A stretch of 64,000 nucleotides of DNA from Octopus sinensis. Its lineage: Eukaryota. The position numbers and the translations under genes were made by a program. The DNA lies in NCBI RefSeq assembly GCF_006345805.1, contig NW_021833016.1, positions 1 to 64,000 of the forward strand. The letters are read 5' to 3'. The notes under the pieces are model-generated. The model searched no databases. It worked only from the letters and a program-made list of their open reading frames with translations, and had not been told where the DNA came from. This document shows positions 49,661-63,129 of this stretch, piece after piece. Numbering within the stretch: the first letter of the stretch is position 1; each line of letters starts with the position of its first letter.

Positions 49661-50110
49661 TTTAGATAACTTCTAGTTCTTACGATGCTTAATTAAAAAC
49701 ACTGCTCTCTCGCTTTGCAAGCGAAGGCGAAAACATAATTCTTGATGGTCGTTATAATTTCCATCTTAAACTGCAATTTGAATTCAAAATCTTGTCAGCT
49801 CTTTTCTACAGCAATCGTTTTACACATGTTGCGCTGTATGTCTTCCTGTTCGTTATTTTCTTATTTATAAGATACTCTTCTTTATTTCGTTAATTTCCCA
49901 AGTTTTTTGTCCAGCATGAACTAAAACTAACACTACCACGTGTTAACTAGTAGTCTTGATAGTCCGTTCACACAGAAAAAAGTGCGCCAAAATCATATCG
50001 CCTACGCTTTAAGCAGGCACACGACCAGCAAGAATTATGTTTTCGCCTTCGCTTGCAAAGCAAGAGAGCAGTGTTTTAATTAAGCATCGTAAGAACTAGA
50101 AGTTATCTAA
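49661..50110. repeat. MITE-like inverted repeat; module also present at 49035-49155
   Basis: 49661-49745 is a near-perfect inverse of 50032-50110; 49035-49155 is a diverged inverse of 49940-50060. Confidence 0.6.
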
Positions 50111-50377
50111 ATATAATTTCTTCCGTTCTTAACAAATATATATAATTTTTTGTCAGTTTATTTGTCTCTGTCTTTTCTCCTTGTACTGTATGAATTAACT
50201 GATGTAGTTTTAGAGTCACGTTTTGACTGCTATCTTTGGCATGATGCTATCGTTTAGGCACCCTTAACTTTAATAATAATTATTACCTAAAAGGTGTTTA
50301 TTCCTATGCTGGCCCCTTGATATCATCAGTATTTCAAATAACGGTCTTACCCTTAAATATATATATATATATATATA

Positions 50378-51790
50378 CTAGCAGTACAGCCCGGCGTTGC
50401 TCGGATTAAGTTAGGATTATTAAGTAATCAAGACATCAGATTTGAGCGAAATCTGTTGAAATTGGTAAACGTATAGCTGAAAATGGGTTGCAGGCAATTT
50501 GATTGGGAAATCCCATAAGGAATCCGTTTATCGATTATTTTTACACATCGATGGTTTTTTTTTTTTTGGTTTTTTTGAGAACTTAAAGCATTCAAATATT
50601 CCATGAGTCCTAAGTAATGCTGGCATCACGTTTTAGCAAAATATGTCAAAATTCGTAATAGTTATGGTTGAAAATGGGGTGTAGCCAATTTTAGTGGGAA
50701 ATCCTATAAGGAATCGGTTTATCAATTTTTTATCCTGATTAAATGAAAGCCCCCAAATGGATACCTGCCACCGATAGTGTTTAGCCTTGGAATTTGTTGA
50801 TGGACATGTCGAAGCATGGTCTCACAGGGAACTGCGATCTGCGGAAGTTAAACGTCATGTCTGACCCCGAGAGATAAAGCTGCATCCCTGAAACGAAAAC
50901 ATTTTCACCCCTCTCGTACCCTGTATCAATGGTGGCTTCATTTAAGTGATGGGTCAGGGACTTGATTACTTGATTGCACTGTTTAGGTGGAAGCAAGTTT
51001 CTGATTAGCATAATTGGGCATCCAATCCTTAGCCTAAGAATGTGAGGTGGAAGCCTTGCTGGTTCCAATGAGTTAAGAAACTCAATAGAGTAATTGTTAA
51101 TGTCTTTGGGGTCAGATTTGTAGATGCGTTCCACACCCGGAATTCGGCTTATGAACTGGTCTTTGATAGCACTGACAGCTACTTTTTGGGGGACCAGGAT
51201 GGTTCTTTCACTGATCTAACTGATGCCTGCATAATTACTTTCCAGATTGGGGAACACAGTTTCCAAAAGATCGCAAGGGTTGTCCACAGTGTTACAAAGT
51301 TCAGACCTTCTCCAGGGGCAAAATGTCATCAGCAAATGCTGCAGACATGCTATCATCAAGCAAATGCGCACACTTGTTTGTGCTTAGACTTAAGGTCTCA
51401 ACCTGGAGCCACAATGTGGATTACTTAAGGCATGCACGCACTTCATCAGCTCGGCTCCCTTTAGGGATGACAAGAAATTTTTGCTGGAAATCTCCTGAAA
51501 GCAATAGAGTTACTCCACCCATAAAAGCTCTAGAATCCCTGATACCTTTCAGTGACCAGTCCAGTGCCTCAAGGGCACCCTTATTGGTCATTGTGCATTG
51601 TCTAAGAACTTCAGCTTCCTCTGAATTTTTGCCATTGTTGCAAGTGGGAACCGCGGCCCTCACCAAATGTAAAGGCATCTTGAATGCCGAGTGCACCATC
51701 CTAACTCCTGGCAATAGCATAGCTGCGATTCCCGAGGAAGCAACAGCTAACGCAAGTTGTTTCGCGTGACGAATATTAGCAAGTATTAAT
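50378..51790 (-). mobile_element. Helitron relic: PIF1 helicase fragments plus 3' terminus
   Basis: ALAVASSGIAAMLLPG, GGVTLLLSGDFQQ, LPPHILRLRIGCPIMLIRNL, QFPVRPCFDMSINKFQG. Minus strand ends in hairpin CCGAGCAACGCCGGG + CTAG followed by T. Confidence 0.85.
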
Positions 51791-52299
51791 TGTGTTACAA
51801 AGGATATCGGTACCTCTAGCAGCATCGAGGAAAAGATTCCGCCCACCTGTTTTTCAACGGCACTTGGAGGCCTAGAAAGTGCTCCACACTTAAGAGACCA
51901 CCACACTCCACTTAAGGAGCGCGACACATTCCTGCTCCTACTCCAGAGAGATAACGGCAAGTAGTCCTCTCCTTGTAGTTAGTAAAGAAATAAGTATTAG
52001 TTGTTCACAATTTTAAATAGTCGGCTACACAGATCACTAATTGGTGACCATACGTAGACAGGGCCCCGGCTACTGCAAGCTGAACACGTCATTCAAGGTG
52101 TGCCAAACTTACAGAAACCGCATTAAAGAATTAGTTCAGAAAACTTTGACGGAGGCATCGTCAGCAATTAATGGTGATATAATCTAAAAAGTGCCATCAA
52201 AGTAGAATCAGTTAGATTTAGTAAAGTTTTAGCTGTAGAAAGAAGTAGATTAGAGGAAGATTTAGTAAGAAAGCTAGAAGTTGCGCTTAGAAAAGGCAT

Positions 52300-53170
52300 A
52301 GTGACTGACGTGCTGTCAGCGAGGTTTGACCTTCAACGCCAGGCACGAAGGTTGCATTGTCAAAGCTAAGGCACGTGTTCTGAGAAAGAGATAACCAATG
52401 TTGCCCAATGGGCCCGGGTGGCTGAGACGCAAAATGACAACAAAAACACCATTTGGTTTTTGGTGGACCAAAATGGGAGCACGGTGAACGAGCCGGAGCA
52501 GATGTGTGCAGCTTTTCAGCAGCATTTTGTCGAATTGTTCGGAATGAAAAGTGGGCTTGATCGCAGGATGGATTTTACTGCTTACCGCGATGGCCTACCA
52601 CGACACGTAACAAGAGAAGCGGAGGGCTGCGAATATCTGATAACAGTTGAGGAATGCTCGGGGGCAAATCGCCGGGACTTGATGGTCTGCTCTAAGAGCT
52701 TTATTCTAGTATACCAGACTTGTTTGCAGGCCCCTTGTCAGATAGCTACAACAACTTGCAACAGAAAGAGAATCTGAGAGCCGAGGATCCGTGCTACTGC
52801 TGAGAAAGGATCCAAACAAGGGGGAGGTTTAGATAATTTTAGGCCCATCACTCTGCTTAATGCAGACATGAAACTTTGGTCCGAAGTGTTAGTGAAGAGG
52901 TTAGCGCTGGTCGTCAAGAAACTGGTTGGAGACACACAAGCAGGCGCCGTCCCAAACAAGTCCATCCATGACGCCTTATGCGCTACATCGTGGATAGGGC
53001 AGTTAAGAAGCCTGGCATTGGTGGGGCTCTAATCAATTTAGGTCAGTCAAAAATCTTTGATAGTGTGGACCATCAGTATCTGGTGGCTGTTCTCACAGCG
53101 GCTGGTTTCGGTCCGGTTTTCCGCTGCCATGTCCCTCGACATCTGCTCGGTAGTCCGGGTGAATGTGTCC
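52300..53170 (+). mobile_element. Tx1/L1-clade LINE RT fragment
   Basis: EQMCAAFQQHF, DNFRPITLLNADMK, GALINLGQSKIFDSVDHQYL; related to 20200-24060. Confidence 0.8.
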
Positions 53171-53332
53171 TTGTGTGTGTGTGTGTGAAATGTGCCTGTG
53201 TGTATATGGTTATGTGTTTTAATCTTCATTTGTGTATGTGTGTATGTTTGTGTGCTTGGCTGTCTGTATTACCTGTATACCTATCTATCTGTTTGTCTAT
53301 CTACAAACTTACATATCCATTTACCTACACAC

Positions 53333-53393
<61 letters not shown>

Positions 53394-54106
53394 TATATAC
53401 ATCAGTAGCGCTACTTTATCCTGAAATTTTCACCTAAATTTCAGTAAGCGACTTTTAAAAACTTCCTATGAAAAAAATCCATCAGATATTTTCTATGTAT
53501 AAGCCACATCTAATAACGAAAGAAGTGCTGATTGGAGTGAGCGTAACAATGAATAATTGGCTCATTTATTGAAGTCTGTTTATAATAACTAGAGAACACC
53601 AAGTAAACATTTAAACATGACTGAATATTGCCGCACAAATTATAAGATGTTCATGCATAACAAAAATACGTGATAAAATCAGTATAATGCGAGCTACGAT
53701 AGCTAAAAGTGATAATTTATCATTTGGTCTTGATTAAAGACAATAAATATATATAAATAGGCACTATGTTATTTTGGATGTTGCAATCGCATGTTGGTTA
53801 AGTATGTAGTTATTAGAATGGCTAAGAAAGAGCGTGTAGTTCGTAATATAACGCAGAATGCACTAGAGTTCGGCAAATTGGGACTTTTTCCCACGCTATT
53901 TATAACAGTTTCAAGCAATCTCGAGTATAACCATAAGAAATTGCAAAGATAATCTGGAACTCGACTGAGGAAAGAAAATTCAGAATGACCCGTCCATATC
54001 TTCTTTGTAATTCCTCTCTGGATGTTTTGTTGTTCCTTTCTTACATCACCTAACGATGTTTTGCGTTCTTGTACAATTTTGTGTATGTATATATATATAT
54101 ATATAT

Positions 54107-54148
54107 ACTAGCATTAAAGACAAGTCGTTGCTGGGTCATAGTGCTAGT
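54107..54148. mobile_element. 42-bp imperfect palindrome resembling paired Helitron 3' termini
   Basis: ACTAGCA...GTTG...TGCTAGT inside (TA)n; left end resembles 50377-50404. Confidence 0.4.
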
Positions 54149-54157
54149 GCATGTATC

Positions 54158-54223
<66 letters not shown>

Positions 54224-54789
54224 TACATATTACATGTACATTTATATATATATACATCTACACATAAAATACAAAATACAAAGTTATATCTTGATATCGC
54301 TAGTGATAACAATATTCAAAATATATAACAGACTGGAATTGTTAGCCCGTCTCTTGTAATTTCGATCAATTGTATCTTTCCTCCTTCTTGTATAGAAGTG
54401 TGGCTACAATCCAGCCTATCTCTTCTTCTGGGGGAGGGGCATTTTAATTTTTTTCCCGGGACGTCCTACGTCCCAGATATAAAGGAAAAAATAAAATATT
54501 TCCACTTTGCAAGTTCTAGTCGAGTACTCCCTTACACGCTCTGTTGACTCGAATCTTGCTTCTATTGTGGCGAATTTACCGCCTCTGATTAGATATCTGT
54601 CATAGTCACACCAAGACACTTTTCGAAGGTGCTTTCCTCCATGTGTTCAAATCTTTTTTTCTCTACATTGTATACTTTATAGACAATAGTCTTTTCTTTA
54701 ATTTAATTTTTTATTATCCATCTGGACTATTCCATTTCTGCAGACTAATTTTATTTTTAATTTATTCCCATTCATGGGCTCGCTCTAGG

Positions 54790-54938
54790 TAAGACGATGA
54801 ACATTTTTTGCTCATGAAACTACATGGACCCTAAGTAAGGCATGTGTAAAATTTGAATGAAATTGGTTGTGTAGTTCTCAAGTTTTAGGGAAACACACAG
54901 ACAGACAAACACACAATCTCAGTTTTATATATATAAAG

Positions 54939-54940
<2 letters not shown>
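54790..54940 (+). mobile_element. Possible non-autonomous Helitron-like 3' region
   Basis: AAATTTGAATGAAATTGG...ACAGACAGACAAACACAC...TTTATATATATAAAGAT ending is typical of such elements (recalled pattern only). Confidence 0.35.
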
Positions 54941-54970
<30 letters not shown>

Positions 54971-55035
54971 GTGTGTATGTATGTATGTATGTATGTATGT
55001 ATGTATGTATATATGTATATATATATATATATATG

Positions 55036-55088
<53 letters not shown>

Positions 55089-55105
55089 TATATATATACA
55101 TATAT

Positions 55106-55932
55106 ATTTTTTAATGTCTTTACCCCCATACTTTCGTGAGTTGAGTTGAGCAAACACTATATGAGAGAGATTTTCTTTAAGTATTAGAAATAGTTTTAAA
55201 AAAGTTTTTTAGCTACTATTTCTAATGAGTTCAGTATGTGGCAAAGTAATTTATTTTACTAAGCCTTTTATATAATGTAATAATTTGAATTCGCCTTAAA
55301 TGGTCCCTTTGCATACTGAACACTTGGTGAAATTGATTAATAATTAATTAATTTTACCCTCAATTGTTGAAATTATAATTCATCTCTCTCTATTTAATGC
55401 TTCGGATTTTACCGAAAAAGCATAGTGTTTACTGATTTTAGCCCACGCTGGTGGAAAGGGGAGAGCAGAAATTCTTCGCTTGCATATTTTGAGTTTGCTG
55501 GCACTGTTAGTTTCGAGCAGATCTTCAGAAGCGATAAGAAGCCGAAAGGGTATGCTCCCACTTTCAGTGTTTTCAAATCCAAACCAAGGAGTTCTGAGCT
55601 GATGATAGAAATGTCGAGTTGACTAATCTAGAAACGTACGTTCTCAAATAACCTTTGCATTTGATTTTTTAATGTCTTTACCCCCATACTTTCGTGAGTT
55701 GAGTTGAGCAAACACTATATGAGAGAGATTTTCTTTAAGTATTAGAAATAGTTTTAAAAAAGTTTTTTAGCTACTATTTCTAATGAGTTCAGTATGTGGC
55801 AAAGTAATTTATTTTACTAAGCCCTTTTATATAATGTAATAATTTGAATTCGCCTTAAATGGTCCCTTTGCATACTGAACACTTGGTGAAATTGATTAAT
55901 AATTAATTAATTTTACCCTCAATTGTTGAAAT
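55106..55932. repeat. Direct repeats (55106-55373, 55664-55932) flanking a 290-bp spacer
   Basis: Copies identical except one 1-bp indel seen; whole unit lies between (TA)n tracts. Confidence 0.85.
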
Positions 55933-56499
55933 CATATATATATATATATATATAATATATATATATATACCTTGGTCTCTTGTATGTAAGTATATATTTA
56001 TCTAAATCTTGTACGAGTCTATTCTTTTATTCTTTTATTCTTTCTATCCGCAATTTCACGCTTACTTCATTTAGTCCACTCTTCGTTCTTACGTTCCCTC
56101 CTCTCTCACATTTCATTGCCTTCTCTTCATGCTCACTTTCCCTCCTCTCTTCACTTCACTGTCTCCCTGTCATTTTATCAACCCTCCTTATTTCTTCTGT
56201 CCCGCTGTCTCTACTTCTCTCTCTTCTCTCCCCGCGTGACCGGTGTTCGGCCAGGCCTGAATTTTCTTTCTTGGTTCGGCCGCTGCCCGTGTAATATCTT
56301 TATTCTTCCCTGTGCCTGTGAAATCTTGTATCCCTGCCGTAATGCTTTACTTCCACACACGCCAGGTTCATTTAGTCCGTCCTTAGTCGAAATACACCTG
56401 TTGTTATTTCCTGTTATTTGTATTTGTGTAACCTTCTCAGTTTTTTTCGTCCTTGTTTTCGCATACATTCGCTGTTTTCTTCCAAGGAATCTAATGTTC

Positions 56500-56710
56500 T
56501 TTGATTAGATTTTCCTTGGAGCTGGCCAGATCGGAGCAAACTCAGAGTATAACCAGCCGAAATTGCAAAGATAATCTGGAACTCGACTGCGGAAAGAACA
56601 CTCCGAATGATCCGTCCTTGTTTTCTTTGTATCGTCTATCTGGATGTTTTGTTGTCCATTTCTTGTATCACCTAACTTTCTGGATGTTTTGCGTTCTTGC
56701 CACATTTTGT
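56500..56710. repeat. Dispersed repeat (PLE-terminal-like), second copy at 53935-54082
   Basis: Shared GAAATTGCAAAGATAATCTGGAACTCGACTG...GATGTTTTGCGTTCTTG. Confidence 0.55.
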
Positions 56711-56719
56711 TTATATATA

Positions 56720-56805
<86 letters not shown>

Positions 56806-57049
56806 TTTATGCATCTGTATATTTGTATATATATATATATAAGGCATATATCAGTGTTACAAATATTTTTGCAGCTCCATAGATCAGTATCCAATTCTGG
56901 TGAGCTTTTGCCAGAAAACAATGAAAGTCAATGTTGTTTTGTATTTGAACAAAAAGTTAACCCATGACTAACTTTGAAATTTTTATACTCGGCTGGTTAA
57001 ACAATAAACAAAAAAAAGGATAAAGATCCAAAATCTTTCATCCATAACT

Positions 57050-58500
57050 GTTAAAAGAACTGTATTTTGCATTCTAGAGAAATCAAAAGAATATAAATCA
57101 TATAAAGTCATATTAGTCAATAGTCAAGTCATGGAAAAAAATTTAAGAAAATAAAAGGCAATGGCAAGTTGGCTTTGTTCTTGCACGTGGCATGTAGTTC
57201 TTGCATGACCTTAATTGCTCGTTCACAAAATTGATTGCTTCTGCTGATGTTTAATTTTTAAATGGCTCTTGTTTCCAGGTATTTATCATGCATTTCAAAG
57301 CAAGCAGTCTTGTAGGATAGCAAGGTTTGCGATAGTTCTGCATAATCTTCAGTTCTATACATTTGGTCACTGAACCAGTGGTCCACCCGGTTATATTAGA
57401 TGAAGTGGCAGACCATCTGCAATCTTTCACTCACATGTGGCATGAGAAAAAATTGCAAGAAGGGTTAATATTGCTAGCGAATTCCATCTGCCATTACTGA
57501 TGTTCGAAATTTTTAAAATTGATGGCATGGGTTAAGTGGAACAGAAACTTCATAATATCTCCCCAGCTACCTTGATCTTCAATAACATGAGTTCCATTCT
57601 GGAAGGAGCCTTGAGTTATTTGACAAAAAATATTAGATGCTGAGTGAATTGCTTGCGCCTGCTAGCTCCTCGTCCATAACAACGCGCTGAATTATGTCCA
57701 ATACATGATGCTGGCAGCTCATGAATTGAGGCTTGTCATAGCCTTTGCTCAAGAACACTCACTGCAGTCTAGCCACTAGCCCCCTCTTTCGTCCTGTATT
57801 CACACTCACTGTATCAGCAATAATCATTCGGATTGCGCCCCATAAATGAAATTCGTCCAAGATGCTTTTCAGTCCTTCTGCAATGATCTCAGCCTTGCCA
57901 TCACACAGCTTCAGAGCAGCCAGCTTGATTTCACTTGTTTCAGTCTTGATGACAACTGCTTGATATTCACTTCCATCAATGTTCACCATCGAAATGCAGG
58001 CTCCATTTTACATTGCGTAGCGTATCGAACAAATGTATTTTACATTTCACCAGCTCTCTGCATTTTCGTCTGGAGAAAGCATCTGACATATATGTATAGT
58101 TTTTAAATCAGGACAAATATATAACAGCAACAGGTGAAACTCGTTCAGTAGGTGCTGATGTTTCAAAATCTGGATTTCTACTGGTTTTTTTTCAGCGCCA
58201 TCAATGGCAAGTATCCACTGCCCGTACATGTTAAGAGAAAATTGGCCTTCTAGCTGATAGTGTTATACAGTGGTTGTATATAAGAGATCAGCGACCGGAA
58301 CATCCAGTATTAAACTGTATCAGCTCGCAGCCGATTTTTGGCTAGCATAAGCGGCCTCTTGCTACTTATGACATAGACTCCCCCCCACATTTTTAGTTAC
58401 TGCTTCATTTTTCTTCTTTACCTACGTCAACCATTGCAACGTTCTTACCTTGTCCTTGGTTTAAATATACTTGATCATTTGTAGAGATTGCAGTACTTTG
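57050..58500 (-). mobile_element. hAT-like DNA transposase relic
   Basis: KAEIIAEGLKSILDEF...IIADTVSVNTGRKRGLV followed by GCQHHVLD (CxxH motif); disrupted; boundaries uncertain. Confidence 0.5.
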
Positions 58501-58949
58501 GTCATTTCCATTCCGGATAACAGGTGTTTAGTCTCTAGAATATTTTAGTATGTACACCATTGTAAAAGCTCTACGGGTTTGCTTTTGGATAAATATTTAT
58601 TTGCTCTGTTTACCATATCATAAGTACTATTTGTTTTCTAGACACATTGGCAATTCCTGTTTTACTTTAGCACTAGTTTTATCCTACTACTATTTATACA
58701 CTCTTCAACCCCTACATAAAGAGATAGCCCCAAAATTTTTCTCTAGCCCATTTGGCAGTTCCCTCATTTGCCTATCGACTTCAAATGGTATGAATTGAGC
58801 TTTCTGGCCTCATCTCGAGGCTCTGTTCTTTCCTCTTCCTTTCGTTTATTTTATTTTATTTTATTATTTTTTATATTTGTATTCACTCTGATGAAGCTCC
58901 ATGTGCTAGATCGAATGTGCTATACAGATGGCGAATATCATTTTCGGAA

Positions 58950-59590
58950 TTTTCTTTGTAAACACCAGAGATAAGGAAACCATGATGGTCCACTGGTGGA
59001 GATTCGTCCTCAGCCGCCTGGATTACTGCTCACAGCTATGGTCACCCACCAGTGAGAAATTAACAGCGGACCTTGAAGCAATCCAGAGAAGATTCACAAA
59101 GAAGATCGTCTCTTTGTAACAGCTCGGCCACTGGGAAAGGTTGAAACAGCTAAGATTCTATTCCCAGGAAGTAATATATATCTAGAAGATCCTGGAAGGA
59201 ATTGTGCCAAATGTTGACTTTGAAAGCTACACCAATGCCAGAACGGAACGACACTGCATAGTGCCAAAGATCCCAGCAATGCCATCACACTTCAGGACCA
59301 GTTACTGCAACAGCCTTGGTTTCAAGGGCCCACAGCTTTTTAATATTCTCCCAAAAAGTTTAAGGAACTTGCACAAAGTAGATGTTGGGGCTTTTAAATC
59401 AAAGCTGGACCTCTTCCTGTCGAGAGTCCCAGATAAACCTACCTCACGGCAAGATGTGCAAATGAGGGTAGCTATATCAAATTCCATCTTCACCAAGTGC
59501 CACATAGTACAGGAGGTTCTTAGTAATAATAGTGTAGCAAAACGGCGGTGCATCAGCATGGCCGCAGATCTGAGCTAAAACTAGAGAGAA
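58950..59590 (+). mobile_element. CR1/L2-group LINE 3' end
   Basis: RLDYCSQLWSP...EAIQRRFTK; GPQLFNILPKSLRN...FKSKLDLFL; 3' tail GGCGGTGCATCAGCATGGCCGCAG. Confidence 0.75.
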
Positions 59591-60546
59591 AAAAGTGATA
59601 GTTTTGTTTTCCTTACCCCCTGTTCAATTTTTCCTTTTCTAACATATCGGAAAATTCTAAACATTAAACTCCCCAAAACCTAACCTTATTGACTTATATT
59701 TGCTAATAGTATTTATTAAAAATATCTTTGACACAGGTTCTATATATGTAATTATAACTATATAAATTGTGTTGATATATGCATGTGTTTATGTACGAAT
59801 ATATTTGTATACATTTCATCATATGTGTATGTATACATACACACACACTTATATACATATATGTATGCATACATACACACACATATCTATGTTTGTAGGT
59901 ACGTATGTTTTTGTGTGCCTGTGTTTTCCCCCTCCTACCACAACCACCACCATTAATGAGATCGTTACTCATGTATAGCTTTCCTGAACTGTATCTATTA
60001 CCAAACCAATAGAAATAATTTATTTTTATATACAACCGACAAATAATATTTTTTCATCTAACCTATCCTTCATTTCTTTTATAAGATAATTTGTTCCCTT
60101 GCATACTTAAGTATTATTACTTTTCTTTTTATTTAGATTTTATACTATATAATAATTCTTCTTATTTAGATTTTATACTATATATATTTTTTCTTCGTAT
60201 TTAATTTTTATACTAAATATATTATTTTTTACATTTTCTCCTATCTATATTTTCTTTTTATTTATATTTTACATATATTTTTTAAAAATTTCTATTTATC
60301 ATTGATTTTATTTTTCTCATTCTTATCTTTCTTTACCCTTATAATTTTAGGTTATTTTTATTTTTTGTTCTCTATTTTTATTTTTTATTTACATTAATTT
60401 GTACTAAATGGCATCTTCACTAATATCTAATACTCACCAACTAGATACACGTAGATTATATATAGGATCTAACTTCTTAAACTCATTAATATTCTCTATA
60501 CATCCTTCAAAGAAAAATGTTAACCTTAATTCTTTAAGCTCATATG

Positions 60547-60661
60547 AACCCTGAAGAAATTCTATCAAATATAGTTAGATATGATACCTTTCTGAGCTTA
60601 TAACCAAAATACTTATAATTGCATATCAACTAGAGGTTAAACTGAAACATATATGTAGATT
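60547..60661 (+). ncRNA. Type I hammerhead motif with long loop II, partly decayed
   Basis: AACC-CTGAAGA-AATT...AACT-GAAA-CATATATG-TA-GATT; one mismatch each in stems I and II. Confidence 0.5.
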
Positions 60662-60936
60662 TTTCACACCTCTCATTTTCCTTCTGAGCTTTACAACTTA
60701 TAATTTATTTGTATTGTTATGTTTTTAAAACTTTCAACATCTTTATATCATATAACTAAATTATTCATTCCTCCATCTTTCTCCAGTTTCTTCTTTTTTT
60801 CAATGATAATGATAATTATTACTGCAAAAACCCCTATCATATGGAAGAGACTTTCTCCTTATATGATAGTGATTAACCAGTAGAATATTTTGGGTTATAT
60901 AATGCTTAATGTGGATCTAACTTCCTCGAATTAACA

Positions 60937-60989
<53 letters not shown>

Positions 60990-61139
60990 CAACGAAAAAT
61001 TATAAAAAAGTAAATGAAGGTAAATTTTAAAGAAAATGGGTGTATGGAAAATTAAAAAAATTTTTTTTTTAATATATATAAGGGAGCTCTGTGGTCCTTA
61101 TGGACACGGAGTTTTATAAACACCTAGTGCTTTCCATGC

Positions 61140-62950
61140 TAAACAACAATACTTTCTATGAGGTTAGTAACAACTATAAATAACAAAAAATAATCAAAAA
61201 CCTCACCACCCCCATACTCCAACACGGCCAAGGACTCACAGAAAAAGAAAGGGATTATATCACCAATTTCAAATGCAAGCCTAGGCTTTTTTATGGCCTT
61301 CCTAAAGTCCATAAAAACAAATACCTCACCGAATCCTTCAAATTCTCCTCTGACACCCACATCAACATCAAGGCACCGGAGGACCTAAAACTAAGGCCTA
61401 TCGTGGCTGGCACCTCCTGTGAAACACACCGCTTGAGTAATTTCCTAGACATCCTTTTGAAACCTTTCCTTACTCACATCAAAAGTTTCATTAGGGATGA
61501 TCTGAACATGCTCAAACACCTCCCGAAAACAGTTAGCGAGGAGGCGCTTCTGGTGTCCTTTGATGTCATCAACCTCTACACTAACATCCCACATGAATAT
61601 GGTATTGAGGAAATTGATTTCTGGCTAGAAAAACACACAGAGGCATCCCCTGCCCGCATTCATATGACCTTCTTTACGGAATCACCCATGTTCATTCTGA
61701 CAAACAATTATTTCCTCTTCGATAACACACACTACCGTCAAAAATGTGGTATTGCAAAAGGTATCAATGCTGCACCAGTCCTTGTGAACCTCATAATAAG
61801 CTTCTTCGAACTATCACTCTATGAGATATCACGCCAGAAATTTGGACACGTTTTCCACATCTACCTAATGAAAAACTGGAAAAGGTATTTGGATGATTGT
61901 TTCATCATATGGAAAGAATCTTATGAAAAGCTTCTGGAATTCAAAACCATACTGAACAACATACATCCCAACATCCAATTCAGTATGGAATTCAGCAAAC
62001 AACATTTCCCTTTCCTTGATCTCCTAATTATAAAAACACCTAAGAACCAAATCATAACAGACATCTACCACAAACCTACAGACTCACAACAATACCTCCT
62101 CTTTAGCTCATGCCAACCAAAACACACCAAGATAAATATCCTTTTCAACTTAGCTAAAATGGTATGCACCATTGTCTCGGATCCAAAAACTGGAGAAATA
62201 CGCCTTCAAGACCTCAAAAATAAAACTATATTACAACGCCAATATCCCTCCACCCTTATAGAGTATGGAATAAAACGTGCCAAAGAACTAGACAACTGAA
62301 AACCACCCAATCTAACAACACACACAACCTCAAAATACTTCCATACATTTCCACCCACAACCCCAGAAATATCGAAGCTTAAACCATAATCATTCAAAAC
62401 CTTACTCTACTGTCTACAGACCCAAAATTGAAAAACATTATAAATACACACAAAATCCTCAAATGTAAATGGCAACATAAATCTTTGAAAAAGCTCTTGA
62501 CAAATGCCAAACTTCACACACCACATCCACCCCCATCAGTTAAAAAATGTGCACGCCCAAACTGTGGCACCAGTCCCTTCCTACTTGAAGGCTCTGAATT
62601 TTTCTTCAAACAAGGAACAAAGTTTAAAATCAAGACCAACTTCTCCTGTTCCTCCGAGAACCTCATCTACGTTCTCACATGCGCCGGTTGCCAAAATAAT
62701 TATGTTGGACAAACGAGCCTCCGTTTACGTAAAAGAGTAGCGGTCCATAAAAACAAATATCTCTCCCAGAATACCATAAAATTCCACTAAGTAGCCACTT
62801 AGACTCGTGCGCTAAAGACAAAAATCCCAAATTTTACATATTACCCTTCTACCAATGTAAAGACGGAATCACTACACAAGAAAGAATTAACAAGGAGAAT
62901 CTTTTTATTGATAAATTCAAAACGCATCTTAATATGCAAACTCCATGATA
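61140..62950 (+). mobile_element. Penelope-like element (RT + GIY-YIG), defective
   Basis: FYGLPKVHK, RPIVAG, RYLDD (ORF 61403-62299), CARPNCGT linker, LIYVLTCAGCQNNYVGQT. GTxMG motif is altered to GIAKG; stop and frameshifts present. Confidence 0.9.
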
Positions 62951-63067
62951 ATCATACTTCCTTTTTCTACCTCATTCTTCACGGATGGACTAATGGAAAT
63001 ATATAAGGATATCATGCAGTTATAACTTCAAGCTAAAACTTATATACTTTATTTATCATCATCATCA

Positions 63068-63129
<62 letters not shown>

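Noticed and set aside
53935-54010. GAAA-TTGCAA...CTGAGGA...GAAT motif (also 56560-56620) as a hammerhead
   Set aside because: The core is out of order or ends GAAT, and no valid cleavage triplet with paired stems was found.
55599-55611. CTGATGA-TA-GAAA
   Set aside because: No stem II and no convincing stems I or III; likely chance.
58883-58925. CTGATGA-AGCTC...GAAT possible hammerhead
   Set aside because: Too degenerate: GAAA is absent and the stems cannot be paired.
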